Assembly: GCA_964016885.1 (NCBI GenBank)
Contig: OZ024740.1
Coordinates: 414,222,001 to 414,286,000, forward strand
Reading direction: 5' to 3'
Source: Eledone cirrhosa
Taxonomy: Eukaryota
DNA: 64,000 nucleotides
Of this stretch, positions 51,101 through 64,000 are shown in pieces. A program made the position numbers and the translations under genes. Position 1 is the first letter of the stretch, and every line of letters starts with the position of its first letter. A model generated the notes under the pieces. The model had not been told where the DNA came from. It did no database searches and saw nothing but the letters and a program-made list of their open reading frames with translations.

Positions 51101-51135
51101 ACGGCTGGGATATATTTACCTGTGATTCCGAGGTT
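48116..51135 (-). mobile_element. Decayed Helitron (Rep-helicase 3' half)
   Basis: Pif1 motifs FIDAPGGTG, LDECTM, GGITVVLSGDLR, LKKG..IILLRN..LCN.TR; GRVYTIHP..E.F.L and NEAFWRI upstream; 3' terminus is a GC-rich degenerate hairpin + CTAG|T at 48119-48115. Confidence 0.85.
50483..50631 (-). mobile_element. 5'-truncated SINE (6698-6887 family) inside the Helitron region
   Basis: Direct sequence match. Confidence 0.85.
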
Positions 51136-51454
51136 CTCTCTCCCTCCCCGCTTCCGTATATTCACGTATAAGCGCTCACACGTATGTTCACGTGCTCACA
51201 TGCTTATACATATGTACTTATCTATAAAATGCTTACATTAACACATATACACATACTCTCGCACATACATGTGAATACACACAAATAAATGTATATACTA
51301 ACAATATACACATATAAAAATATACAGGCCTCTACAAGCACAGGGGTTGATATAATCAATCATACACACGTTTGACGATGTACTAACTCCCGCGCATGCA
51401 CATTTGTGAGTTGCAGTAAAAACGTTGCAATTCAGGAACTATAGAAATTATGAT

Positions 51455-54400
51455 GATTATCACTACCACTGCCAACATTATCACTACCACTGCCAACATT
51501 ATCACTACCATTGCCAACATTATCACTACCACTGCCAACATTATCACTACCACTGCCAGCAACATTATCACTACGACTGCCAACATTATCACTACCTCTG
51601 CCAACATTATCACTACCACTGCCAACATTATCACTACCACTGCCAACATTATCACTACCACTGCCAACATTAACACTACCACTGCCAGCAACATTATCAC
51701 TACCACTGCCAGCAACATTATCACTACAACTGCCAACATTATCACTACCACTGCCAACATTATCACTACCACTGCCAGCAACATTATCACTACGACTGCC
51801 AACATTATCACTACCTCTGCCAACATTATCACTACCTCTGCCAACATTATCACTGCCACTGCCAGCAACATTATCACTAGCACTGCCAACAATATCACTA
51901 CCACTGCCAGCAACGTTATCACTACCACTGCCAACAATATCACTACCACTGCCAACAATACCACTACCACTGGCACCAACGTCATCACTACCACTGCCAA
52001 CAATACCACTACCACTGCCAGCAACATTATCACTACCACTGCCAACATTATCACTACCACTGCCAACAATATCACCACCAGTGCCAACATTATCACTACC
52101 AATGCCAACAACATTATCACTACCACTGCCAACAATACCACTAACACTGCCAGCAACATTATCACTACCACTGCCAACAATATCACTACCACTGAAAACA
52201 TTATCACTACCACTGCCAGCAACATTATCACTACCACTGCCAACATTATCACTACCACTGCCAACAATATCACTACCACTGCCAGCATTATCACTACCAC
52301 TGCCACCAACATTATCACTACCACGGCCAGCAACATTATCACTACCACTGCCACCAACATAATCACTAACACTGCCAACAATATCACAACCACTGCCAAC
52401 ATTATCACTACCACTGCCACCAACATTATCACTAACACTGCCAACAATATCACTACCACTGCCAACATTATCACTACCACTGCCAACAATATCACTACCA
52501 CTGCCACCAACATTATCACTACCACTGCCAACATTATCACTACCACTGCCAGCAACATTATCACTACCACTGCCAGCATTATCACTACCACTGCCAGCAA
52601 CATTATCACTACCTCTGCCAACAATATCACTACCACTGCCAGCATTATCACTATCACTGCCAGCAACATTATCACTACCACTGCCAGCATTATCACTACC
52701 ACTGCCAGCAACATTATCACTACCTCTGCCAACAATATCACTACCACTGCCAGCATTATCACTATCACTGCCAGCAACATTATCACTACCACTGCCAGCA
52801 ACATTATCACTACCACTGCCACCAACATTATCACTACCACTGCCAGCAACATTATCACTACCAATGCCACCAACATTATCACTACCACTGCCACCAACAT
52901 TATCACTACCACTGCCACCAACATTATCACTACCACTTCCACCAACATTATCACTACCAGTGCCAGCAACATTATCACTACCACTGCCAGCAACATTATC
53001 ACTACCACTGCCAGCAACATTATCACTACCACTGCCAAAATTAACACTACCACTGCCACCAACATTATCACTACCACTGCCAGCAACATTATCACTACCG
53101 CTGCCACCAACATTATCACTACCGCTGCCACCAACATTATCACTACCACTGCCAGCAACATTATCACTACCACTGCCAACATTATCACTACCACTGCCAG
53201 CAACATTATCACTAACACTGCCACCAACATTATCACTACCACTGCCACCAACTTTATCACTACCTCTGCCAGAGACATTATCACTACCACTGCCACCAAC
53301 ATTATCACTGCCACTACCCACCAACATTATCACTACCACTGCCAACATTAACACTACCACTGCCACCAACATTATCAATACATCTGCCAGCAACATTATC
53401 ACTACCACTGCCACCAACATTATCACTACCACTGCCAGCAACATTATCACTACCACTGCCACCAACATTATCACTACCACTGCCAGAAACATTATCACTA
53501 CCACTGCCACTAACATTATCACTACCACTGCCAAAATTATCACTACAACTGCCACCAACATTATCACTACCTCTGCCAGCAACATTATCACTACCACTGC
53601 CACCAACATTATCACTACCACTGCCACAAACATTATCACTACCACTGCCACCAACATTATCACTAGCACTGCCACCAACATTATCACTACCACTGCCACC
53701 AACATTACCACTACCTAGGCCAGCAACATTATCACTACCACTACCACTAACATTATCACTACCACTGCCACGAACATTATCACTACCACGGCCAGCAGCA
53801 TTATCACTACCACTGCCACCAACGTTAACACTACCACTGCCAGCAACATTATCACTACCACTGCCAACAATATCACTACCACTGCCACCAACATTATCAC
53901 TACCACTGCCACCAACATCATCACTACCACTGCCAACAATATCACTACCACTGCCAGCAACATTATCGCTACCACTGCCAGCAGCATTATCACTACCACT
54001 GCCACCAACATTATCACTACCACTGCCACCAACATTATCACTACCACTGCCAGCAACATTATCACTACCACTGCCAACAATATCACTACCACTGCCACCA
54101 ACATTATCACTACCACTGCCACCAACATCATCACTACCACTGCCAACAATATCACAACCACTGCCAACATTATCACTACCACTGCCATCAACATTATCAC
54201 TAACACTGCCAACAATATCACTACCACTGCCAACATTATCACTACCACTGCCAACAATATCACTACCACTGCCACCAACATTATCACTACCACTGCCAAC
54301 ATTATCACTACCACTGCCAGCAACATTATCACTACCACTGCCAGCATTATCACTACCACTGCCAGCAACATTATCACTACCTCTGCCAACAATATCACTA

Positions 54401-57400
54401 CCACTGCCAGGATTATCACTATCACTGCCAGCAACATTACCACTACCACTGCCAGCATTATCACTACCATTGCCAGCAACATTATCACTACCTCTGCCAA
54501 CAATATCACTACCACTGCCAGCATTATCACTATCACTGCCAGCAACATTATCACTACCACTGCCAGCAACATTATCACTACCACTGCCACCAACATTATC
54601 ACTACCACTGCCAGCAACATTATCACTACCACTAACATTATCACTACCACTGCCACCAACATTATCACTACCACTGCCACCAACATTATCACTACCACTA
54701 ACATTATCACTACCAGTGCCAGCAACATTATCACTACCACTGCCAGCAACATTATCACTACCACTGCCAGCAACATTATCACTACCACTGCCAGCAACAT
54801 TATCACTACCACTGCCAAAATTAACACTACCACTGCCACCAACATTATCACTACCACTGCCAGCAACATTTTCACTACCGCTGCCACCAACATTATCACT
54901 ACCGCTGCCACCAACATTATCACTACCACTGCCAGCAACATTATCACTACCACTGCCAACATTATCACTACCACTGCTAGCAACATTATCACTAACACTG
55001 CCACCAACATTATCACTACCACTGCCACCAACATTATCACTACCTCTGCCAGAGACATTATCACTACCACTGCCACCAACATTATCACTGCCACTGCCAA
55101 CATTAACACTACCACTGCCACCAACATTATCACTACATCTGCCAGCAACATTATCGCTACCTCTGCCAACAACATTATCACTACCACTGCCAGCAACATT
55201 ATCACTACCACTGCCACCAACATTATCACTACCACTGCCAGAAACATTATCACTACCACTGCCACTAACATTAACACTACCACTGCCAAAATTATCACTA
55301 CAACTGCCACCAACAATATCACTACCTCTGCCAGCAACATTATCACTACCACTGCCACCAACATTATCACTACCACTGCCACAAACATTATCACTACCAC
55401 TGCCACCAACATTATCACTAGCACTGCCACCAACATTATCACTACCACTGCCACCAACATTACCACTACCTAGGCCAGCAACATTATCACTACCACGGCC
55501 ACCAACATTATCACTACCACTAACATTATCACTACCACTGCCACGAACATTATCACTACCACTGCCAGCAGCATTATCACTACCACTGCCACCAACATTA
55601 ACACTACCACTGCCAGCAACATTATCACTACCACTGCCAACAATATCACTACCACTGCCACCAACATTATCACTACCACTGCCACCAACATCATCACTAC
55701 CACTGCCAACAATATCACTACCACTGCCAGCAACATTATCACTACCACTGCCACCAACATTATCACTACCACTGCCACCAACATCATCACTACCACTGCC
55801 AACAATATCACTACCACTGCCAGCAGCATTATCACTACCACTGCCACCAACATTATCTCTACCACTGCCACCAACATTATCACTACCACTGCCAGCAACA
55901 TTATCACTACCACTGCCAACAATATCACTACCACTGCCAGCAACATTATCACTACCACTGCCACCAACATTATCACTACCACTGCCATCAATATTATCAC
56001 TACCACTGCCACCAACATCATCACTACCACTGCCAACATTATCACTACCACTGCCAGTAACCTTATCACTAAGACTGCCACCAAAATTATCACTACCACT
56101 GCCAACAATATCACTGCCACCAACATCATCACTACCACTGCCAACAATATCACTACCACTGCCACCAACATTATCACTACCACTGCCACCAACATTATCA
56201 CTACCACTTCCACCAACATTATCACTACCACTGCCAGCAACATTATCACTACCACTGCCAACAATATCACCACCACTGCCACCAACATTATCACTACCAC
56301 TGCCAGCAACATTATCACTACCACTGCCACCAACCTTATCACTACCACTGCCACCAAAATTATCACTACCACTGCCAACAATATCACTGCCACCAACATC
56401 ATCACTACCACTGCCAACATTATCACTACCACTGCCAGCAACATTATCACTACCACTGCCAACATTATCACTACCACTGCTAGCAACATTATCACTAACA
56501 CTGCCACCAACATTATCACTACCACTGCCACCAACATTATCACTACCTCTGCCAGAGACATTATCACTACCACTGCCACCAACATTATCACTGCCACTGC
56601 CACCAACATTATCACTACCACTGCCAACATTAACACTACCACTGCCACCAACATTATCACTACATCTGCCAGCAACATTATCACTACCTCTGCCAACAAT
56701 ATTATCACTACCACTGCCAGCAACATTATCACTACCACTGCCACCAACATTATCACTACCACTGCCAGAAACATTATCACTACCACTGCCACTAACATTA
56801 TCACTACCACTGCCAAAATTATCACTACAACTGCCACCAACATTATCACTACCTCTGCCAGCAACATTATCACTACCACTGCCACCAACATTATCACTAC
56901 AACTGCCACAAACATTATCACTACCACTGCCACCAACATTATCACTAGCACTGCCACCAACATTATCACTACCACTGCCACCAACATTACCACTACCTAG
57001 GCCAGCAACATTATCACTACCACGGCCACCAACATTATCACTACCACTAACATTATCACTACGACTGCCACGAACATTATCACTACCACTGCCAGCAGCA
57101 TTATCACTACCACTGCCACCAACATTAACACTACCACTGCCAGCAGCATTATCACTACCACTGCCAACAATATCACTACCACTGCCACCAACATTATCAC
57201 TACCACTGCCACCAACATCATCACTACCACTACCAACAATATCACTACCACTGCCAGCAACATTATCACTACCACTGCCACCAACATTATCACTACCACT
57301 GCCACCAACATCATCACTACCACTGCCAACAATATCACTACCACTGCCAGCAGCATTATCACTACCACTGCCACCAACATTATCTCTACCACTGCCACCA

Positions 57401-60400
57401 ACATTATCACTACCACTGCCAGCAACATTATCACTACCACTGCCAACAATATCACTACCACTGCCAGCAACATTATCACTACCACTGCCACCAACATTAT
57501 CACTACCACTGCCATCAATATTATCACTACCACTGCCACCAACATCAACACTACCACTGCCAACATTATCACTACCACTGCCAGTAACCTTATCACTACC
57601 ACTGCCACCAAAATTATCACTACCACTGCCAACAATATCACTGCCACCAACATCATCACTACCACTGCCAACAATATCACTACCACTGCCACCAACATTA
57701 TCAATACCACTGCCAACAACATTATCACTACCACTTCCACCAACATTATCACTACCACTGCCAGCAACATTATCACTACCACTGCCAACAATATCACCAC
57801 CACTGCCACCAACATTATCACTACCACTGCCAGCAACATTATCACTACCACTGCCACCAACCTTATCACTACCACTGCCACCAAAATTATCACTACAACT
57901 GCCAACAATATCACTGCCACCAACATCATCACTACCACTGCCAACATTAACACTACCACTGCTAGCGACATTATCACTACGATTGCCACCAACATTATCA
58001 CTACCACTGCCACCAACATTATCAATACCACTGCCACCAACATTATCACTACCACTGCCAACATTATCACTACCACTGCCAGCAACATTATCACTACCAC
58101 TGTTACCAACATTATCACTACCACTGCCACCAACATTATCACTACCACTGCTAGCAACATAATCACTACCACTGCAAGCAACATTATCACTACCACTGCC
58201 AACAATATCACTACCACTGCCACCAACATTATCACTACCACTGCCAACATTATCACTACCACTGCCAGCAACATTATCACTACCACTGCCACCAACATTA
58301 TCACTACCACTGCCACCAACATTATCACTACCACTGCCACCAACATCATCACTACCACTGCCCACAATATCACTACCACTGGCACCAACATCATCACTAC
58401 GACTGCCAACAATATCACTACCACTGCCACCAACATTATCACTACCACTGCCACCAACATTATCACTACCACTGCCAGCAACATTATCACTACCACTGCC
58501 AACAATATCACTACCACTGCCAGCAACATTATCACTACCACTGCCACCAACATTATCACTACCACTGCCAACATTATCACTACCACTGCCACCAACATCA
58601 TCACTACCACTTCCCACAATATCACTACCACTGGCACCAACATCATCACTACCACTGCCCACAATATCACTACCACTGCCACCAACATTATCACTACTAC
58701 TGCCACCAACATAATCACTACCACTGCCAACAATATCACTACCCCTGCCACCAACATTATCACTACCACTGCCACCAACATCATCACTACCACTGCCAAC
58801 AATATCACTACCACTGCCAGCAACATTATCACTACCACTGCCACCAACATTATCACTACCACTGCCACCAACATTATCACTACCACTGCCACCAACATCA
58901 TCACTACCACTGCCAACAATATCACTACCACTGGCACCAACATCATCACTACCACTGCCAACAATATCACTACCACTGCCACCAACATTATCACTACCAC
59001 TGCCACCAACATTATCACTACCACTGCCATCAATATTATCACTACCACTGCCACCAACATCATCACTACCACTGCCAACATTATCACTACCACTGCCAAC
59101 ATCATCACTACCACTGCCAACAATATCACTACCACTTCCACCAACATTATCACTACCACTGCCAGCAACATTATCACTACCACTGCCAGCAACATTATCA
59201 CTACCACTGCCAGCAACATTATCACTACCACTGCCAACAATATTACCACCACTGCCACCAACATTATCACTACCACTGCCACCAACATTATCAATGCCAC
59301 TGCCATCAATATTATCACTACCACTGCCACCAACATCATCACTACCACTGCCAACATTATCACTACCACTGCCAACATCATCACTACCACTGCCAACAAT
59401 ATCACTACCACTTCCACCAACATTATCACTACCACTGCCAGCAACATTATCACTACCACTGCCAGCAACATTATCACTACCACTGCCAGCAACATTATCA
59501 CTACCACTGCCAACAATATTACCACCACTGCCACCAACATTATCACTACCACTGCCACCAACATTATCACTACCACTGCCACCAACATCATCACTACCAC
59601 TGCCAACAATATCACTACCACTGCCAGCAACATTATCACTACCACTGCCACCAACATTATCACTACCACTGCCACCAACATTATCACTACCACTGCCACC
59701 AACATTATCACTACCACTGCCACCAACATTATCACTACCACTGCCACCAACATTATCACTACCACTGCCAACATTAACACTACCACTGCCAGCAACATTA
59801 TCACTACGATTGTCACCAACATTATCATTACCACTGCCACCAACATTATCACTACCACTGCCACCAACATTATCACTACCACTGCCACCAACATTATCAC
59901 TACCACTGCCAACATTATCACTACCACTGCCAGCAACATTATCACTACCACTGCCACCAACATTATCACTACCACTGCCACTGCAAGCAACATTATCACT
60001 ACCACTGACACCAACATTATCACTACCACTGCCAGCAACCTTATCACTACCACTGCCACTAACATTATCACTACCACTGCCAACAATATCACTGCCACCA
60101 ACATCATCACTACCACTGCCAACAATATCACTACCACTGCCAGCAACATTATCACTACCACTGCCACCAACGTTATCACTACCACTTCCACCAACATTAT
60201 CACTACCACTGCCAGCAACATTATCACTACCACTGCCAACAATATCACCACCACTGCCACCAACATTATCACTACCACTGCCACCAACATCATCACTACC
60301 ACTGCCAACAATATCACTACCACTGCCAGCAACATTATCACTACCACTGCCACCAACATTATCACTACCACTGCCACCAACATTATCACTACCACTTCCA

Positions 60401-63400
60401 CCAATATTATCACTACCACTGCCAGCGACATTATCAATACGATTGCCACCAACATTATCACTACCACTGCCACCAACATTATCAATACCACTGCCACCAA
60501 CATTATCACTACCACTGCCACCAACATTATCACTACCACTAACATTATCACTACCACTGCCAACATTATCACTACCACTGCCACCAACATTATCACTACC
60601 ACTGCCACCAACATTATCACTACCACTGCCACCAACATTATCATTACCACTGCAAGCAACATTATCACTACCACTGCCAACAATATCACTACCACTGCCA
60701 CCAACATTATCACTACCACTACCAACATTATCACTACCACTGCCAGCAACATTATCACTACCACTGCCACCAACATCATCACTACCACTGCCAACAATAT
60801 CACTACCACTGGCACCAACATCATCACTACCACTGCCAACAATATCAGTACCACTGCCACCAACATTATCACTACCACTGCCACCAACATTATCACTACC
60901 ACTGCCACCAATATTATCACTACCACTAACATCATCACTACCACTGCCAACATTATCAGTAACACTGCCAGCAACATTATCACTACCACTGCCACCAACA
61001 TTATCACTACCACTGCCAGCAACATTTTCACTACCACTGCCAGCAACATAATCACTACCACTGCCAACAATATCACTACCACTGCCACCAACATCATCAC
61101 TACCACTGCCAACAATATCACTACCACTGGCACCAACATCATCACTACCACTGCCAACAATATCACTACCACTGCCACCAACATTATCACTACCACTGCC
61201 ACCAACATCATCACTACCACTGCCAACAATATCACTACCACTGCCACCAACATTATCACTACCACTGCCACCAATATTATCACTACCACTGCCACCAACA
61301 TCATCACTACCACTGCCAACATTATCACTACCACTGCCATCACCATTATCACTACCACTGCCAACAATATCACTACCAATGCCAGCAACATTATCACTAC
61401 GACTGCCACTAACATTATCACTACCACTGACACCAACATTATCACTACCACCAACATTATCACTACCACTGCCAGCAACATTATCACTACCACTGCCAAC
61501 ATTATCACTACCACTGCCAGCAACATTATCACTACCACTGCCACCAACATTATCACTACCACTGCCACCAACATTATCACTACCACTGCCACCAACATTA
61601 TCACTACCACTGCCACCAAAATTATCACTACCACTGCTACCAATATTATCATTAGCAGTGCCAGCAACATTATCACTACCACTGCCAGCTACATTATCAC
61701 TACCACTGCCACCAACATTATCACTACCACTGACAGCAGCATTATCACTACCACTGCCACCAACATTATCACTACCACTAACATTATCACTACCACTGCC
61801 AGCAACATTATCACTACCACTGCCAACAATATCACTACCACTGCCACCAACATTATCACTACCACTGCCACCAACATCATCACTACCACTGCCAACAATA
61901 TCACTACCACTGCCAGCAACATTATCACTACCACTGCCACCAACATTATCACTACCACTGCCACCAACATCATCACTACCACTGCCAACAATATCACTAC
62001 CACTGCCAGCAACATTATCACTACCACTGCCACCAACATTATCACTACCACTGCCACCAACATCATCACTACCACTGCCAACATTATCACTACCACTGCC
62101 AGCAACCTTATCACTACCACTGCCACCAACATTATCACTACCACTGCCAACAATATCACTGCCACCAACATCATCACTACCACTGCCAACAATATCACTA
62201 CCACTGCCAGCAACATTATCACTACCACTGCCACCAACATTATCACTACCACTTCCACCAACATTATCACTACCACTGCCAGCAACATTATCACTACCAC
62301 TGCCAACAATATCACCACCACTGCCACCAACATTATCACTACCACTGCCACCAACATCATCAGTACCACTGCCAACAATATCACTACCACTGCCAGCAAC
62401 ATTATCACTACCACTGCCACCAACATTATCACTACCACTGCCACCAACATTATCACTACCACTGCCAACATTAACACTACCACTGCCAACATTAACACTA
62501 CCACTGCCAGCGACATTATCACTACGATTGCCACCAACATTATCACTACCACTGCCACCAACATTATCAATACCACTGCCACCAACATTATCACTACCAC
62601 TGCCACCAACATTATCACTACCACTGCCACCAACATTATCACTACCACTGCCAACATTATCACTACCACTACCAGCAACATTATCACTACCACTGCCACC
62701 AACATTATCACTACCAGTGCCACCAACATTATCACTACCACTGCCAACATTATCACTACCACTGCCAGCAACATTATCACTACCACTGCCACCAACATTA
62801 TCACTACCACTGCCACCAACATTATCACTACCACTGCAAGCAACATTATCACTACCACTGCCACCAACATTATCACTACCACTGCCAACATTATCACTAC
62901 CACTGCCAGCAACATTATCACTACCACTGCCACCAACATTATCACTACCACTGCCACCAACATTATCACTACCACTGCCAACAATATCACTACCACTGGC
63001 ACCAACATCATCACTACCACTGCCAACAATATCACTACCACTGCCACCAACATTATCACTACCACTGCCACCAACATTATCACTACCACTGCCACCAATA
63101 TTATCACTACCACTGCCACCAACATCATCACTACCACTGCCAACATTATCACTAACACTGCCAGCAACATTATCACTACCACTGCCACCAACATTATCAC
63201 TACCACTGCCAACAATATCACTACCACTGCCAACAATATCACTACCACTGCCACCAACATTATCACTACCACTGCCAACATTATCACTACCACTTCCACC
63301 AACATCATCACTACCACTGCCAACAATATCACTACCACTGCCACCAACATTATCACTACCACTGCCACCAAAATTATCACTACCACTGCCAACAATATCA

Positions 63401-64000
63401 CTGCCACCAACATCATCACTACCACTGCCAACAATATCACTACCAATGCCAGCAACATTATCACTACCACTGCCACCAACATTATCACTACCACCAACAT
63501 TATCACTACCACTGCCAGCAACATTATCACTACCACTGCCAACATTATCACTACCACTGCCAGCAACATTATCACTACCACTGCCACCAACATTATCACT
63601 ACCACTGCCACCAACATTATCACTACCACTGCTAGCAACATTATCACTACCACTGCCAGCAACATTATCACTACCACTGCCAGCAACATTATCACTACCA
63701 CTGCCACCAAAATTATCACTACCACTGCCACCAAAATTATCACTACCACTGCTACCAATATTATCATTACCAGTGCCAGCAACATTATCACTACCACTGC
63801 CAGCTACATTATCACTACCACTGCCACCAACATTATCACTACCACTGACAGCAGCATTATCACTACCACTGCCACCAACATTATCACTACCACTAACATT
63901 ATCACTACCACTGCCAGCAACATTATCACTACCAACAATATCACTACCACTGCCACCAACATTATCACTACCACTGCCACCAACATTATCACTACCACTG
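51455..64000. repeat. >12.5-kb minisatellite of 18/21/24-nt units, consensus (ACC/AGC)AACATTATCACTACCACTGCC, with higher-order blocks
   Basis: Direct reading; unit lengths are multiples of 3; continues past the window end. Confidence 0.97.

Noticed and set aside
51383-63998. Long ORFs (VVIML)n, (LSLPLP)n, (NIITTT)n as proteins; CRISPR-like appearance
   Set aside because: Frames are open because unit lengths are multiples of 3; there are no unique spacers or cas genes; no non-repetitive domains.

Overview
Eukaryotic, AT-rich, microsatellite-dense DNA made almost entirely of mobile elements; I could not support any host gene. The SINE types and the (TA)n/(TG)n load suggest a cephalopod (octopus-like) genome, which is an inference. 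Contents: several Penelope-like elements (PLEs; RT plus GIY-YIG, one nearly intact), a decayed Gypsy LTR element with a tRNA-Trp-type PBS, RTE and RTE-X LINE fragments, two head-to-tail Tx1-like LINEs, a decayed Helitron, tRNA-derived SINEs, a 200-nt assembly gap and a >12.5 kb triplet-phased minisatellite running off the right end. The strongest signal is invisible to the ORF track. Between 0.5 and 39 kb there are about 16 type-I hammerhead ribozyme (HHR) motifs from seven unrelated sequence families, plus three decayed ones, mostly as inverted pairs next to (TA)n. One family is a non-coding ~431-nt unit found both as a 1.5-mer head-to-tail repeat and as a palindrome, with a compensatory base-pair change in its ribozyme, i.e. 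a candidate non-LTR retrozyme/circRNA family. Several families have non-canonical catalytic cores (U4A, C3U, U10.1-U11.1). All folds were read by eye and are untested.
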